A stretch of DNA of 64,000 bases from Tubulanus polymorphus. Lineage: Eukaryota > Animalia > Nemertea. Numbering within the stretch: the stretch's first letter is position 1; each line of letters begins with the position of its first letter. Both the position numbers and the translations under genes were made by a program. This document shows positions 1-11,947 of this stretch, one piece after another. The notes beneath the pieces were generated by a model. That model ran no database searches. It was not told where the DNA came from and was given only the letters and a program-made list of their open reading frames with translations. The stretch lies in the NCBI RefSeq assembly GCF_964204645.1, contig NC_134028.1, positions 24,858,345-24,922,344 of the forward strand. The letters are read 5' to 3'.

Positions 1-1740
1 TGTCGCCGATAAAGCTCAAGAAATCCCGTGTGTCATTCTGAAGGCCTTAGGCCTACCTCATCAATCACACTGAAAAAGCAGCTAGATGAACCCCCAGCCT
101 CTCCCCAATAAAAATGTCCATATGAAACCTAAATTGAAATGAAAATACAATATATATTTATCAAAAAATCATTTATTTATGTTTTGCAAGCTACAATTGA
201 AACGGCCAAAGCTGACTCCTACTCGTAGTCAATTATCATCTTCCTTGGACTTGGGCCGCCACAAAATTTATAATTGCTGTATTTTATTGCTCATATGAAA
301 TTCTCAATCCACAATTCCATTAACTTATCTATATTGAAGCTTATTTAGATAAGATGGTTGCAGTTTAAATAACTCCATCTCAGTGAGAGTTAAAGCTTTT
401 AGGACTTGGCCTACATTTTGCATAATGATTCTTTTAAGAGGGGTTGGCTTATTTAACATCATAGTTCTTAGAGTGACCTGCAAAAGATAAAAGTTTCAAT
501 TGATAGATCCTTCTTCAAGTACTTTACATACCATAAAGGTTCTTTCTGGATCTTTTTTAGCAACGAGGATCCAATAGGCCTAACGTGACTTGGCCTAAAT
601 TTGAAATTCAAGAATTCTTACTGGATCACTAATATTTTCTTACCAATCAACTGAACGCATGAATCCTGATTAAATAGAGGAAGCTGGGGTAAATACGATC
701 AGTCTGATACCAATCATGATGCTTTTTTGGGTTTGAAATACTTTCCGAGCGCCGACAACCATTTGAATCCCAAATATCAATTGTTGCTATTGTGGTTACC
801 ATGGCAACCAACTTTTATGTGTTGCGATGTCTGTGGTAAATTATAGTCGGATATATTTATCCCTGTGAAGTCCTAACACAAATAAGTAAACATTTATCCT
901 TTGTTTTTAGCTGATGAATACCTGGAACTGGCAATGAGCCAATTAATTAAGCTAATTACCCTTAATTGGCTTAATTAATAATTAGTTTAAGATTTATAAT
1001 CAATAAGAAAAGTATTATTCTGTATTTTCCCAAAGTTTGATTGAAATCGGATGACAAATCCCAAAGATATACAAGTTTCTTTTCTACTTTCAATTATTTC
1101 TTAACTAAGAAATTGATCATTTGGTCACCATTTGACCTTGTGACCTTTAGTTCATTTCCTAATGAAGACTCTATGGCTGAGAAGTGTGGTTTTCAGCCGA
1201 CAAATTCCTTCATAACTTTTGAACGGCTTCACCGATTTTAGTTCTGTAAATTGCTATGATCTTATATTAAACCCTTCTTTCATCTAGGCCTTTTCAATTG
1301 TTTGTATAGTGTTTGGAAAATTTTCACTTGAAAACCCTCTAGGCCTACCCGGTTCTCTTCAGCTGCAAACACAACGTTCACATCGACATCGTCATCGTTA
1401 TCAACTTCATTTGTCGTACTGTCATCATGTGGACTTCTTTCAACTGGAGCAATTTCCATTTCTAATGACCTTTTCAAAGACTTGATAACTCCGCTACTCG
1501 ATGAAATAAGCTGAAAATATATCTAAATTCTTAATGTTTAATTTACAGTCCATCCACCATATTGGAATGTCACATGACTTCTGTTTGACAGCTGAAGCAG
1601 AACAACCTTGAGAATCGAGTATTAACATTCACCGAATCAATTCTCGGAGCCACCCGCTATTGTGAACCAGGAAGTAATAAACAAGAAGCGAAGCGGCTCG
1701 TGCGAAAATTGTTCTCGTCTTTTTCTGTTAATTGGTTAAA

Positions 1741-3963
1741 ATGGGCATGAGAGCTGACGCTAATGGTATTAAACTGGGACTGCACAGTTTAGAAAGTCGA
1801 CTTGAAACGTTTAATGATTGGCCTTTTGCCAGTGACTGTCTGTGCACTCCAGAAAAAGTGAGTAGTTCAACTTGCTTGACTCGTTCAACAAGTCGTTGTT
1901 GAGACTGAGAACACTTTTCAGAATCATCCAGGTGGCTTAGCTTGAAACATTGGCAGTTGAAACCACAGGCACTTGAATATGGGCTTTGATAATGGATAAA
2001 TATTTGATAATTTACCAGCGATACGTTAATCCTACTTTAATAGATCCGCCATGTTTTATAATAAATTTACCCATGATGCAACGCGCGCCGGTCGTTTAGC
2101 TATACTATACAGAAATGCTGGAAACGATCCTATCTCCGTAATGCTTAAATCTACCCGCAATTATCGGGACCGCCGAACACTGCCGATGATTGCCGAAGTA
2201 CATCCTTAGTGTCAATTTTAATCCTGAAATATAGGAGCGCCCATAATTTCAATTGTAGATGATTTTTTTGGAAACATTGACAGTGTTTTAGCTCCATTAA
2301 AGATTTTAAATGGCAACAAAATTGATTTTTGAAAATTCGCGATGCCTCTTCGGGATTGCTGTGACATCATCTGTCCCGATAACTGCGGGTAGATTTAAGC
2401 ATTACGGAGATAGGATCATTTCCAGCCTTTCTGTATAATATAGCTAAACGACCGGCGCGCGTTGCATCATGGGTAAATTTATTATAAAACATGGCGGATC
2501 TATTAAAGTAGGATTAACGTATCGCTGGTAAATTATCAAATATTTATCCATTATCAAAGCCCATATTCAAGTGCCTGTGGTTGAAACATTGTTTTTTAAT
2601 CCATTCTAAGCTGTATAGAAGGATGGCCTAAAAGTCTGCATTGAAAGGGAATAAGAAAAAGAGACTCCATGTTTTGAAAGTTTAACAATATATTTTTCCA
2701 TGTCTACCAACCAAACTTAAGTTATTTTGTCCTTAGTTATTGATACTCGTTTATATTATTTTCTTCAGAAAAAGTGAGTTGTTGAATTGTTGGTGGCTCA
2801 GCCCGCTCTCGGTCTAGGGCCTATATAACCTCCTGTGGACTGTGGTTTCTGTTTCTATTTCTAGATGGCTGAAGCAGGTTTTGTACACTGTCCGTCGAAT
2901 GAAGAGCCAGACCTCGCCAAATGTTACATCTGTTTAAAAGAACTCGATGGTTGGGAACCTACTGATGACCCTTGGTAAAAATTCTACCTTTCGATTTGAA
3001 TTAAAGCTTATTTACCCTTCTCCCTGTGACCGACATTTGATGTCAGAGGGATAGTTAGTTACCTAGGGGCCTAATCGTTGGTGGTAAGCTTTTTATAATC
3101 GGATGATATTATACCAACTTGTGGTTTGTGAAAATATCCGATCGTGAAACTAAACCACAGACAGGTTACTGACTATCAGAGGGACTGAAGTTTAAGCTTA
3201 GGTCTTCCTAAGAATTTTGTGAATGATTATGAATATTTTTTTCTATTTCAGGAAAGAGCATTTGTCACATTCGGCTGGTTGTTTGTTTGTCCAGTTCGGA
3301 AAGAAGAAGCATACGTTGGCGGAAGTGATTAAATTAGAGTCGGCTCGAAGACAGAATATGATCGTAGGTTGACGATTCAGAAATTACAAACAATCAAAAC
3401 TTATGACTCTGTATTGTACCTCGAATGCTTTCAACGAGGCGCATTTATTATTCAGGATCCCTCTTGAAAACTGCCGCTTGAAACTTTTAATTGCAACAAA
3501 ATGCTCGAAACTCCTTCAATCTTGAGAAATAGGCTATTAGAAATTTAAGAGTACTTCTATATCGGTACAGTTGATACCAGGGGCCGGTTGCACAGTCACA
3601 GCTTAGACTTAAGACCAGTCTAAGACCAACTTAGTTCTATAGCCAATCTAAAAACAATCTTAACGGGACCAGTCTTAAGATTTAAGACCACTTTTGGACT
3701 TATGTCACGACTGTGCAACTGGCCCCAGGATCTTTTGTCACCCTATTAGATGGTTATCGAATTAGAAACTGAGTTTAGAAAAGATGAAAATTTGCCTCCA
3801 AAACCACCGGTTCGAACAGTTTACCAACATGGACACTACCGATTTATAAACAATGTAACTATGAATCATTCTTGCGTTTCAGATGAAAGTTATGAAGGAG
3901 AAAGTAAAAGAACTTGAGGAATACGCGAAGGAGACCAGAGAACAAATGATATCGTTATTGTAG
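1741..3963 (+). CDS. BIRC5: Survivin (single-BIR IAP), 4 coding exons: 1741-1857, 2865-2974, 3252-3363, 3883-3963
   Basis: Manual splicing gives [89 protein letters not shown].../[29 protein letters not shown] motif (RLxTF-WP, CxxC...H...C) plus a C-terminal helix; GT-AG introns keep the frame. Confidence 0.95.
1964..2579. mobile_element. Non-autonomous foldback DNA transposon (P-element-superfamily-like MITE) in survivin intron 1
   Basis: 207-bp near-perfect terminal inverted repeats (1964-2170 / 2373-2579) starting CACAGGCAC, flanked by an 8-bp direct repeat GTTGAAAC (1956-1963, 2580-2587); no ORF. Confidence 0.85.
3581..3725. mobile_element. PIF/Harbinger-type MITE (GGGCC family)
   Basis: TIRs GGGCCGGTTGCACAGTC...GACTGTGCAACTGGCCC, CAG on both flanks; near-identical copy at 20983-21125. 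Confidence 0.8.
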
Positions 3964-4820
3964 AGAATAAATCCGGAGATCTGTGTTTATTGGAACCTCG
4001 CTCGCTGACTTAAACAACGTAAAGAAAACTGTAAACATAACTTGAGCAGGAACCTGCCTGCTGCATGGAACCAGCTTCCGGTCAGTTCTGTGCAATAAAA
4101 TTCATCAGATTCATGAAAAATCTGCATTTATATCCATATTCCCTGTGTACGTGACGTTATTTTGTTATATTTTGTCAATCAGTGCTGATGACTTGACAGA
4201 ACTGAATAAAATCAGAAAATAATTACAAATCTCAAGTCTCTCATGTAAGTCACTTAGTATTGTGTTAGCCAACCAATATGGTGTAGTCAGGTGGACAGGG
4301 CACATGGCTGCAAAATGGCACCTCTATAGTGGCGTGTACAGGTCAAAATTCCAGGGCTTGTTCCGTAGTCATGGCTTAGATTCAAGACCAGTCTTAGGCC
4401 ACCCTAGCAGCAGAACCTCGTTACAACAAACTTAATGAGACCAGAAAATCTGTTGGCTATAACCGATAGTTCGTCATATCCAGTCACAAATATGGAACCA
4501 GCCCGGCAGTTGTTTGAATAATGAGATCAGATCCGGAAATGCCACGTTAGGTAGCAATTAACCAAATTCAAGAGCGGCGTATTAAAATCAATAGATATAA
4601 TTTATTTTTAACAGGAAACATAATATTACATTTTTTCTCTACAAACAGTAATTAATGATGTTCACTTGAAATAATATTAATAATAATAAGCTTTGTATCA
4701 AAATGAAAAATTTCCTGTTTATTTTCTATGAATGGACGGAATCGTTGTTGGAAAATCAAAACTTTAAACCCTTTTTTCCCTCTCCCGTTAGTCATCATGA
4801 AGACAAATTTCATCGAATGT

Positions 4821-7800
4821 CTACATCAGTTCGGCATTTTTAGCTTGTTCGATTTTTCGCCTAAATCCGTTCGTGCTAAGCGTCAATTCGGCGTGTGTCA
4901 TTTTTAATTTTTCGAGTTTAGCGCGCAGGTCGGCGCCTTCGTCTTTACGCTCTTCGAAGTCTCTTAATAACGGTTCGTTGCCGAGTAATCCGCAGTTCTG
5001 TCGTAGTTTATGATTGTCGATGCGCAGAGCGTCGCGCGCTTGTTTCGTACGCGACAGTACGTCTCGTTTCTGAAAATATGAAAATTATTCCTGACTCGAC
5101 AAGAAGAACAAGGAATTTCTTGCTTTAAGGCTAAAAAAATTGATACCTTGTTTCTCCGCTCTGCTGAGCTTAAATGTTGACCCGGCCGGCCGCCTATCTA
5201 CCCTATACATTACTTTTTTTAAAATCGTGATCAATTTTACCATAACAGACCCGGCCGCTATAGAAATGAACTGTTTATAAATTTTATCATATTTTACAAA
5301 AATGACCCGGAGAAACAAGGTATCATTTTTGTTTAGCCTAAACTGAGAATATTCGTAGAGTAGCCGTGTTAACCTGGTTTAGAATAAGTAACGAGACGAG
5401 TAGTACTATATATAGGGTAACTATTTATTTGACGCACGAGCTTTCGCTACGAATGTAATAGAAGCTTCTTCAGGTGAATGAGTCAAACATTCACCTGATG
5501 AAGCTTCTATTCATTAGTAGCGTCTCGTTACTTGGTTTAAACTGATAGGAATTATTAATCTTTAATGAATCACGTATTCATAATGAAACACGTGGTCATT
5601 AATGCATCCAAATTCCAAGTTTTTGGCAATATTTGTAAAAAATATTCTATTTCCTAGTTTTCCAGGTCAGTGGCCACCCTGTTGTGGTTCTTTAAACAAT
5701 CTAACATCTAAGTCAGTTTTGGTTCTATAGCCAATATTCCTGCTCAATGACACGCCACGCGACTGAAACTGAGTCCTGGACTAAATTGATTTGTCAGACT
5801 ATTGTTTTTGATGTGAGTTACCTGTGCTACGTTTCCCTCTATGTCTCGTAGGTGACCTTTCAATACTTGATTTTCACCTTGAACGAACTGTAATTTCTCT
5901 TTCAAATGCGTTAACACTTGTACGGTGCTCGTAATCTTCTTACGCAATTTCAATAATTCCTATATTTGAGAAGAAATCAACCAAACAAAATCTATTATGG
6001 AGTTCTAATATTTTACACAGAATATGATGTTTTATGAACTTTATTCTCGGTGTGGAAGATAATTGAAATCTAAAAACTGTCAGAAAAATTAGCTTCAGTT
6101 ATCAACAATTGTGAGATTTTTCATGCAAAGTTTTTATACCTCATTTCTTTCTTCAATCTTTTCGTTATAAGTTTGATTTTCAATTTTCAGTTGTTCGAAG
6201 TCGATCAAATGCAAACCTTCAGCGAGTTCCTCCTGAAAATAACAATAACAAAAAAAATATTATCATATCATACATAAAATATCAATCAATTTTGAATACA
6301 GGTGTGCTAATTTCACTGTCGAACTGGGTACAGAATTCATCAATTCATCTGATCACTTGCCTTCGATTTGAGCTGCAGTTCCTTTTTCTTCAGTTTATTT
6401 TTCAGTTTGATATTTTCTAATCGTACGTTGACAACCTCTGCTTCTTTCTTTGCCTCAGTTGCCAAATACATCTCTATATCCTGAAAATATAGGGCGTTTC
6501 CATTTCATAACCTGACAGCAGATTGTCTGAGGGGGTGCAGGGTACAGACAGCAGATTGTCTAAGGGGATGCAGGGTACAGACAACAGATTGTCTAAGGGG
6601 ATGCAGGGTACAGACAACAGATTGTCTGAGGGGATGCAGGGTATAGACAACAGATTGTCTAAGGGGATGCAGGGTACAGTTTGAAAATATGATAAGTCTG
6701 AAAATTCAAATTTACCTTCTGTGGAATCTGTTTTCCTGAACGGGTATTCACCGAACTAATCGCCACCTGTTTTTTGAATTCCATGAAACGATCTCGCTCC
6801 TCGTCGACTTTCTCCTGTCGATCCTGACATTTATCTTTCAAATCTTCAATCTGATGTTTGAAGTCTTCTCTCTGATTGGAATCTTGTCTGCGTAAGTCTT
6901 CCAGATTCGCTACAAACAAACAGGTCGATCTTATATACCGTACAACACAATATTCGAAACTCGACTGATTTAAAAGTGGAAAGAAGACCATTCAGGGTAT
7001 TTCAACAGGTTTTAGGTTTTTGATTCCACTCAAACCACCGAGTGTCACTCCAGGTATTAGCAAGATAAAGCTTTCTTTTTTCCCCTGAAACCCACTGAGC
7101 TCTACTAAGGGCATTATAAACTGATCTTCTTTTTCTCCTATGAGGAGCTTTTGACGATGAAACCGTCACCAGGATCCAGTTCCACAGTTTCTGGTTGAAC
7201 GTCTTCATTGTTTTATCTCTAGATTCAAATTCAACTAAGAACTATGGTATCGGGCCCTGTATTCTAACATTAGGGTCAAAGTGATGTGGAACTCAAGAGT
7301 CCTGAACGACGAATCTTACACATGTATTTCAGATATCGTTGTTCCTGATCCGTAACATTTTTATCCATCTCTTGCCTCGTGTCGTCAGCCTTTTTCTTGC
7401 GGAAATATTCCGCTAGTTTGTGTTGTAGCTGGAAATTCTGTTGTTGTAATTGTTCCCTTTCAGAAATTGCAGCCTGATGAATAGACGAAATAGATTATGA
7501 TTTAGGAACAGCTCATAAGCTACAGGGAAAAACACCAGGATGGCCACTTTTATTTGACTTGCTTTTTCAGATAAAAGCTCAAGTCAGTGGAAGATGTTTG
7601 GTCAGGTTTTTTTCTTCCCGTTTTCAAAGAAATTTCAGATCCAGTAACGGTTCGTTGTTCTTTGACTCTTACGTGATATTTTTCGATGAGCATTTCACGA
7701 TCAAACTCCTGGAATTCTTCCTCTTCATATTCATCGTCGTCTTCATCTTCTTCGGCTAAATCATCCATTTGATGAACACCCTCGCCGTCTTCAGATCCTG

Positions 7801-10800
7801 AATCCATATTTCAACCATAGAAAACAAAACTGTCAGAAAACCGACAATATTGACGATTAACAATTCAAAGAATAGAGACTAAGGACTTACCATATCTATC
7901 TGGTGTTCCTGGTTCGAGAATTGCTGGTGGGGAACGTGGAGTCATTTGCTCATCAGGTTCAGGAGTCCCTTCGCGAGACAAACGCTCTCCGACTGCAACA
8001 GGACTCTCCACTCTCTCACCTTCTGCGAACGAATCACTTTTCTGCAAATTCGAATATATTATCATAGTTTTGTAATGTCTCAATTTTTAATTCGACTAGT
8101 AGACCGAAGTACCCAGCAGTTTTTGATTATGAAAGATAGGCTATTATTCAGAAAATTCTATTTTTTTTCTGTAGTACCACAGATACTAACCGGAGGTTGT
8201 TCTTCTTGACTTTCAGCAGTGACGGGTTCACCAGCCTCTCCATCTGCAGTGGCAGCAGTTTCTGTTTCATCTCCACCTATGCAAAAAATACAACACAAAC
8301 CTTTTGGAAAATTCAATTTTTGGTGAGAACAGAAGTTCCCCGTAACGTTCATTCTTATCAAATAATGTGGAAAAAATATAAAACACAGTGGAACTCGTTA
8401 TGATGACTTTCATATTTTTTGGAAAGAAGTCTTTCCCCCAAAATTTAATAAATCTTTATAAACGGATATCACAAACTATTTGGTTAAAAAACGGTCTCCT
8501 GAAGTTCCCTGTAACGAAGTCCCATAGTAATATTGAAATACATAATCTACACTGATTTTGCTCACATGCAAAGCAAATAAATAAAAGACAGTTAAAGCAA
8601 GTACCATACGGTTCTGTATTACACTATACAAGATACAGATAGAAGCTCAAAACTACATTGAAAACATTAACAGTCAACCTCAGTTGAGCTTTTATCACTC
8701 AGGACCCAGCGTTGATTGGATTAAGCTCATTTAATCTACTTTTTTCAAGAGCTTAATTTCTCCAAAGAATATCAGAATAATTTCTAGTTCATTTTCAATG
8801 AAACTACTATTTATGATCTCAAATTAATCTGGTAAAATTAAGGGTTAACCCGTGATGGATAAACCGAGGTTGACTGTAAATGACTAGAACTACAATAAGC
8901 TGAAGTGTATAATCCTGAAATGCTAATGATTTTCTACTGTTCCTAAAATGAAAATAAATACTGTAAAGGAATTGAACTAATAACTACATGTATGATAAAT
9001 TCATTCCTGAAAAAGCCGCTATAAAGTGAGAGTTAAAGTGAGAACTGAGGTGAGCGTGGAGGAGGGGTAGGTGTCTGAGGAGAAGCATCTTGAAGTATCT
9101 TCTAACAATATTTTACTTTTCTCGTCATCCTCTGCAGCAGGTGCCTCCAACTCTTGTCCATCTTCGAGGACGATCTCTTCTTGTTCGGTATCACCTTTCT
9201 CTACCGATTCGCCGGGTTCTTTCTCTTCCGTCGCTGTTTCCTCAGTTTGTTCCGGTGATTTTTCTTCGAGCATCTCATCGCCGTCGGGAGCGGGTCTCTC
9301 CGAGTCCTCCTCAGCGGCGACCTGATCTTCGCTAGCAGCTTCTTCAGCGGTCTGATCTATTCCAAGCTCTGCGTCCTTCGGTGTAAGATCATTATCAGCC
9401 CCGGATTCGGGGGTAATTTCAACGGGTTCTAATAAAACCTCCTCTGAACGACACACACACAAACGATTCATGATTCATGATACAAAAATCTTTCTATTTA
9501 GTTCACGCAAAGAAATACCCTCATATCTCTTCCGGGATTTTCCTGAAAAGGACGAGGGAGGGCGACTTTTTCATCAATATTCCAATTATGTAGAGAAGTG
9601 ATAAAATCTATCGAAAGTTAAAAATGATGAAAAGTAACCAATATTACAATATGGGTGAAACTGATGAACGAAGAATAAAACTGGACTTAGTCTAGTGTCT
9701 GTTCCTCAAACAACATGGAAGACCAAAACGTCTGAAAATGTTTGTCACTGATGCAGGGTTTCCATTTTTATCGAAGAAAACTTTGATTTTGAATTGGTTG
9801 ATAAAATCTGCGCGTCATTTTTGTTCTGTTTCATAGAGGTGTCGCACATGGGATTTGGTTTGTATGAGAAACAAGGGTTTTTCTTTGCATGACCTTAATT
9901 ACAAAAAATGAAACGTTATCTCACCTTCTTTTGCTTGATCACCATTTTCAGTCGCTTCATCCGTCATTGCAGCAACTTGCTCTGCTTCATCAGCTGGTGC
10001 GTCAGCAGCTGCACCTTCATCTGCAGCAGAGACTTCAGCACCGCTGGCAGCTGCATCAGCATCAGCAGTAGCTGCTTCACCTGTATTTCAAATTCGCTCA
10101 GTTAAGATTTTTTTTTCAAATTCGACCAAAAGATTCTGATCGGAAAAACTGAGGATGACCGATTGATATTTCATACCTTCAGCAGCTGCTGTAGTATCCT
10201 CCTCTGTTGCACCTGCATTTTGACCTTCATTATCTGCTGCAGTTGTCTCTTCTGTAGCGGCTGCAGCTGGTGCTTCAGCTCCTTCCCCTTCTGCAGCTGC
10301 CGATTCAGCTACTTCAGCAGGAGCGGTTTCTTCCTCAGCTGCGTTAAAAAATGAACGAAACACATAAATTAGAATTTCTTCATTTCTCATCTGAATTAAG
10401 ACAAACCGCTGACCAGGGACAAGGAGCCAACAGCAGGCATCAGACCACAATTAGGTTAGTAGCTCGAAGATGCGTAGGGCCGGACCCCAAAAATAGTACC
10501 TAGAGTGAAGAAGAGGTCCCCCATAAATGTTGCCATAATTTCTGAAAATGGGATAGGTAACGAATTTCGGTTATATGTATGAAATCGATTGATCCTGAGA
10601 GACAGCTTGATGATGAAATAAGGGATTCCCTGGACTTTTTTTGCTTGGAGTAAGGGTACCAAACACGGTGGGGGATTCCCTTAGATATTTGGCTCGGATG
10701 TACTGGCATACCTGTACTGGGATACCCCTCCTTTCTAAAGGTTTGATTATTTCAAAAGTTAGGTTGGGTATGTGGGGCGAAAACCACTTCAATGCGTAGC

Positions 10801-11748
10801 TAAGATGCTGGCCTATGAGCCATAAGCAGGATTTCCCCTGAATTTACGCGCTTATATATGAACTAAACTCTCGAATTTCTTGTTTTTACTATAGGATATA
10901 GAAGATTTTGGAATAGTGGTCTGAGCTCAGCAGTTTAGGTGTCGAGGCTAACCAAACCCTAGTGATAAACCTGGATAGTGGGAAGGTGATCTCTAATATT
11001 ATTAGTCCTACTGTTGATTAGTCTAGTATTTAGCTGTTGAAATGTATCTAATCTAATATCTATCTGTTGAACTTGTCGGTCTACAATGACTGTATTCAGA
11101 CAACAATGCTAACCTAATCATAATTGCAGATAAATGTGTAATCAGTTATTTGTCAAATAACAATTACAGCTCTGAACTGCAATTGCCAACAAAGTCATTA
11201 GTCCCGAGAACAGTTGTGGACTGGAACAACAACAGTCAGGAGATGATCTGTGGGATATGTTCTGCTGCCTCAGTACGCACCATCTAATCACACCACCTTC
11301 CCCCTGAATCTTTATACACGCGATCGCGGTTCAGATGCAGTATCCCATGTAGATGTAGAAGCAATATGCCAGTTTGAGTTAGGGCCTACTACTCTCTGTA
11401 GTGTAAATACCTTGTTGTTCAACTTCCGCATTTGAAGGATCTGTACCAGCTGCATCTGTTGGAGGAGTTGATTCTTCTGCAGGGCTTTCATCAACCTTCA
11501 AATTAGGATTGATAAAATTCAGGTTTTCTCAGTTGTTTCGATCAATATACTGAATTTGAATTGTTTTGTTCTATGTTTATCCACTTTTTTGAAATATTGA
11601 GGAAAACTTTTCCCACACCAGTGAAACGGGGATACTACCCACAGCATATTTCGAGATAGAAGTTCCATTTTGCTCCGATATCTATCGATATTTTGATAAA
11701 ATTTACCTGTTGCTGTTCTAGAGTATTTTGTCCTTCCTCGTCCGCCAT
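4821..11748 (-). CDS. CCDC96: CCDC96/CFAP184 cilia/centriole coiled-coil protein (DUF4201) with a long acidic N-terminus; multi-exon
   Basis: ATG at 11748 (MADEEGQNTLEQQQ), several E/A-rich exons (7.7-11.5 kb), then conserved exons QEQRYLKYM, ELAEGLHLIDFEQLKIENQTYNEKIEERNE, ELLKLRKKITSTVQVLTHLKEKLQF and last exon 5069-4821 (KRDVLSRTKQARD...GLLGNEPLLRDFE...ELM*). Confidence 0.9.
5129..5338. mobile_element. MITE with GGCTAAA...TTTAGCC termini and TAA target duplication
   Basis: TIRs GGCTAAAAAAATTGATACCTTGTTTCTCC / GGAGAAACAAGGTATCATTTTTGTTTAGCC flanked by TAA; homologous copy at 30724-30886. Confidence 0.7.
5359..5540 (-). mobile_element. Penelope-like element relic with a minimal hammerhead ribozyme (5435-5476, minus) and a partial inverted copy
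   Basis: Minus strand reads CAC-CTGAAGA-A-GCT...AGC-GAAA-GC-TC-GTG. Inverted partial copy CACCTGATGAAGCTTCTATT at 5492-5511. GTAGCCGTGTT end motif at about 5360. Confidence 0.7.
6513..6679. repeat. 33-bp minisatellite, about 5 copies
   Basis: Unit CAGATTGTCTAAGGGGATGCAGGGTACAGACAA; related inverted copies at about 15575-15665 and 57080-57105. Confidence 0.9.
11165..11360 (+). mobile_element. Decayed 3' end of a CR1/L2-group LINE
   Basis: Translates KSLVPRTVVDWNN, resembling the SFFPRTxxDWN C-terminus of invertebrate LINE ORF2, followed by a short UTR ending in TGTAGATGTAGA. Confidence 0.55.
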
Positions 11749-11751
11749 TTT

Positions 11752-11766
11752 GTTGTTAGGGTAAAC
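11752..11766 (-). promoter_or_regulatory. Putative RFX X-box-like site immediately upstream of the CCDC96 ATG
   Basis: Minus strand GTTTACCCTAACAAC is an imperfect match to GTNRCC-N0-3-RGYAAC, directly followed by AAAATGGCGG; the gene is ciliary. Confidence 0.35.
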
Positions 11767-11947
11767 AATAAATTCAATCCAAATCATAATAGTTTATTCT
11801 ACATTTTGGTCATCAATGAAATTATCCACCACAATAAAAAATTGAAAAGAAACGAATATTGAAAAACTATCTAAAAATTTATTAAATGCACATCTAAAAA
11901 AATCAAAAATACAAAAAATTCTAAAAATCCCTTTTTATATTTTAATT

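Noticed and set aside
795-808. Strong X-box palindrome GTTACCATGGCAAC
   Set aside because: Sits in repeat-like sequence away from any identified ciliary promoter; likely part of a decayed interspersed repeat.
9660-9732. CTGATGA as another hammerhead core
   Set aside because: No stem II or correctly placed GAAA follows.
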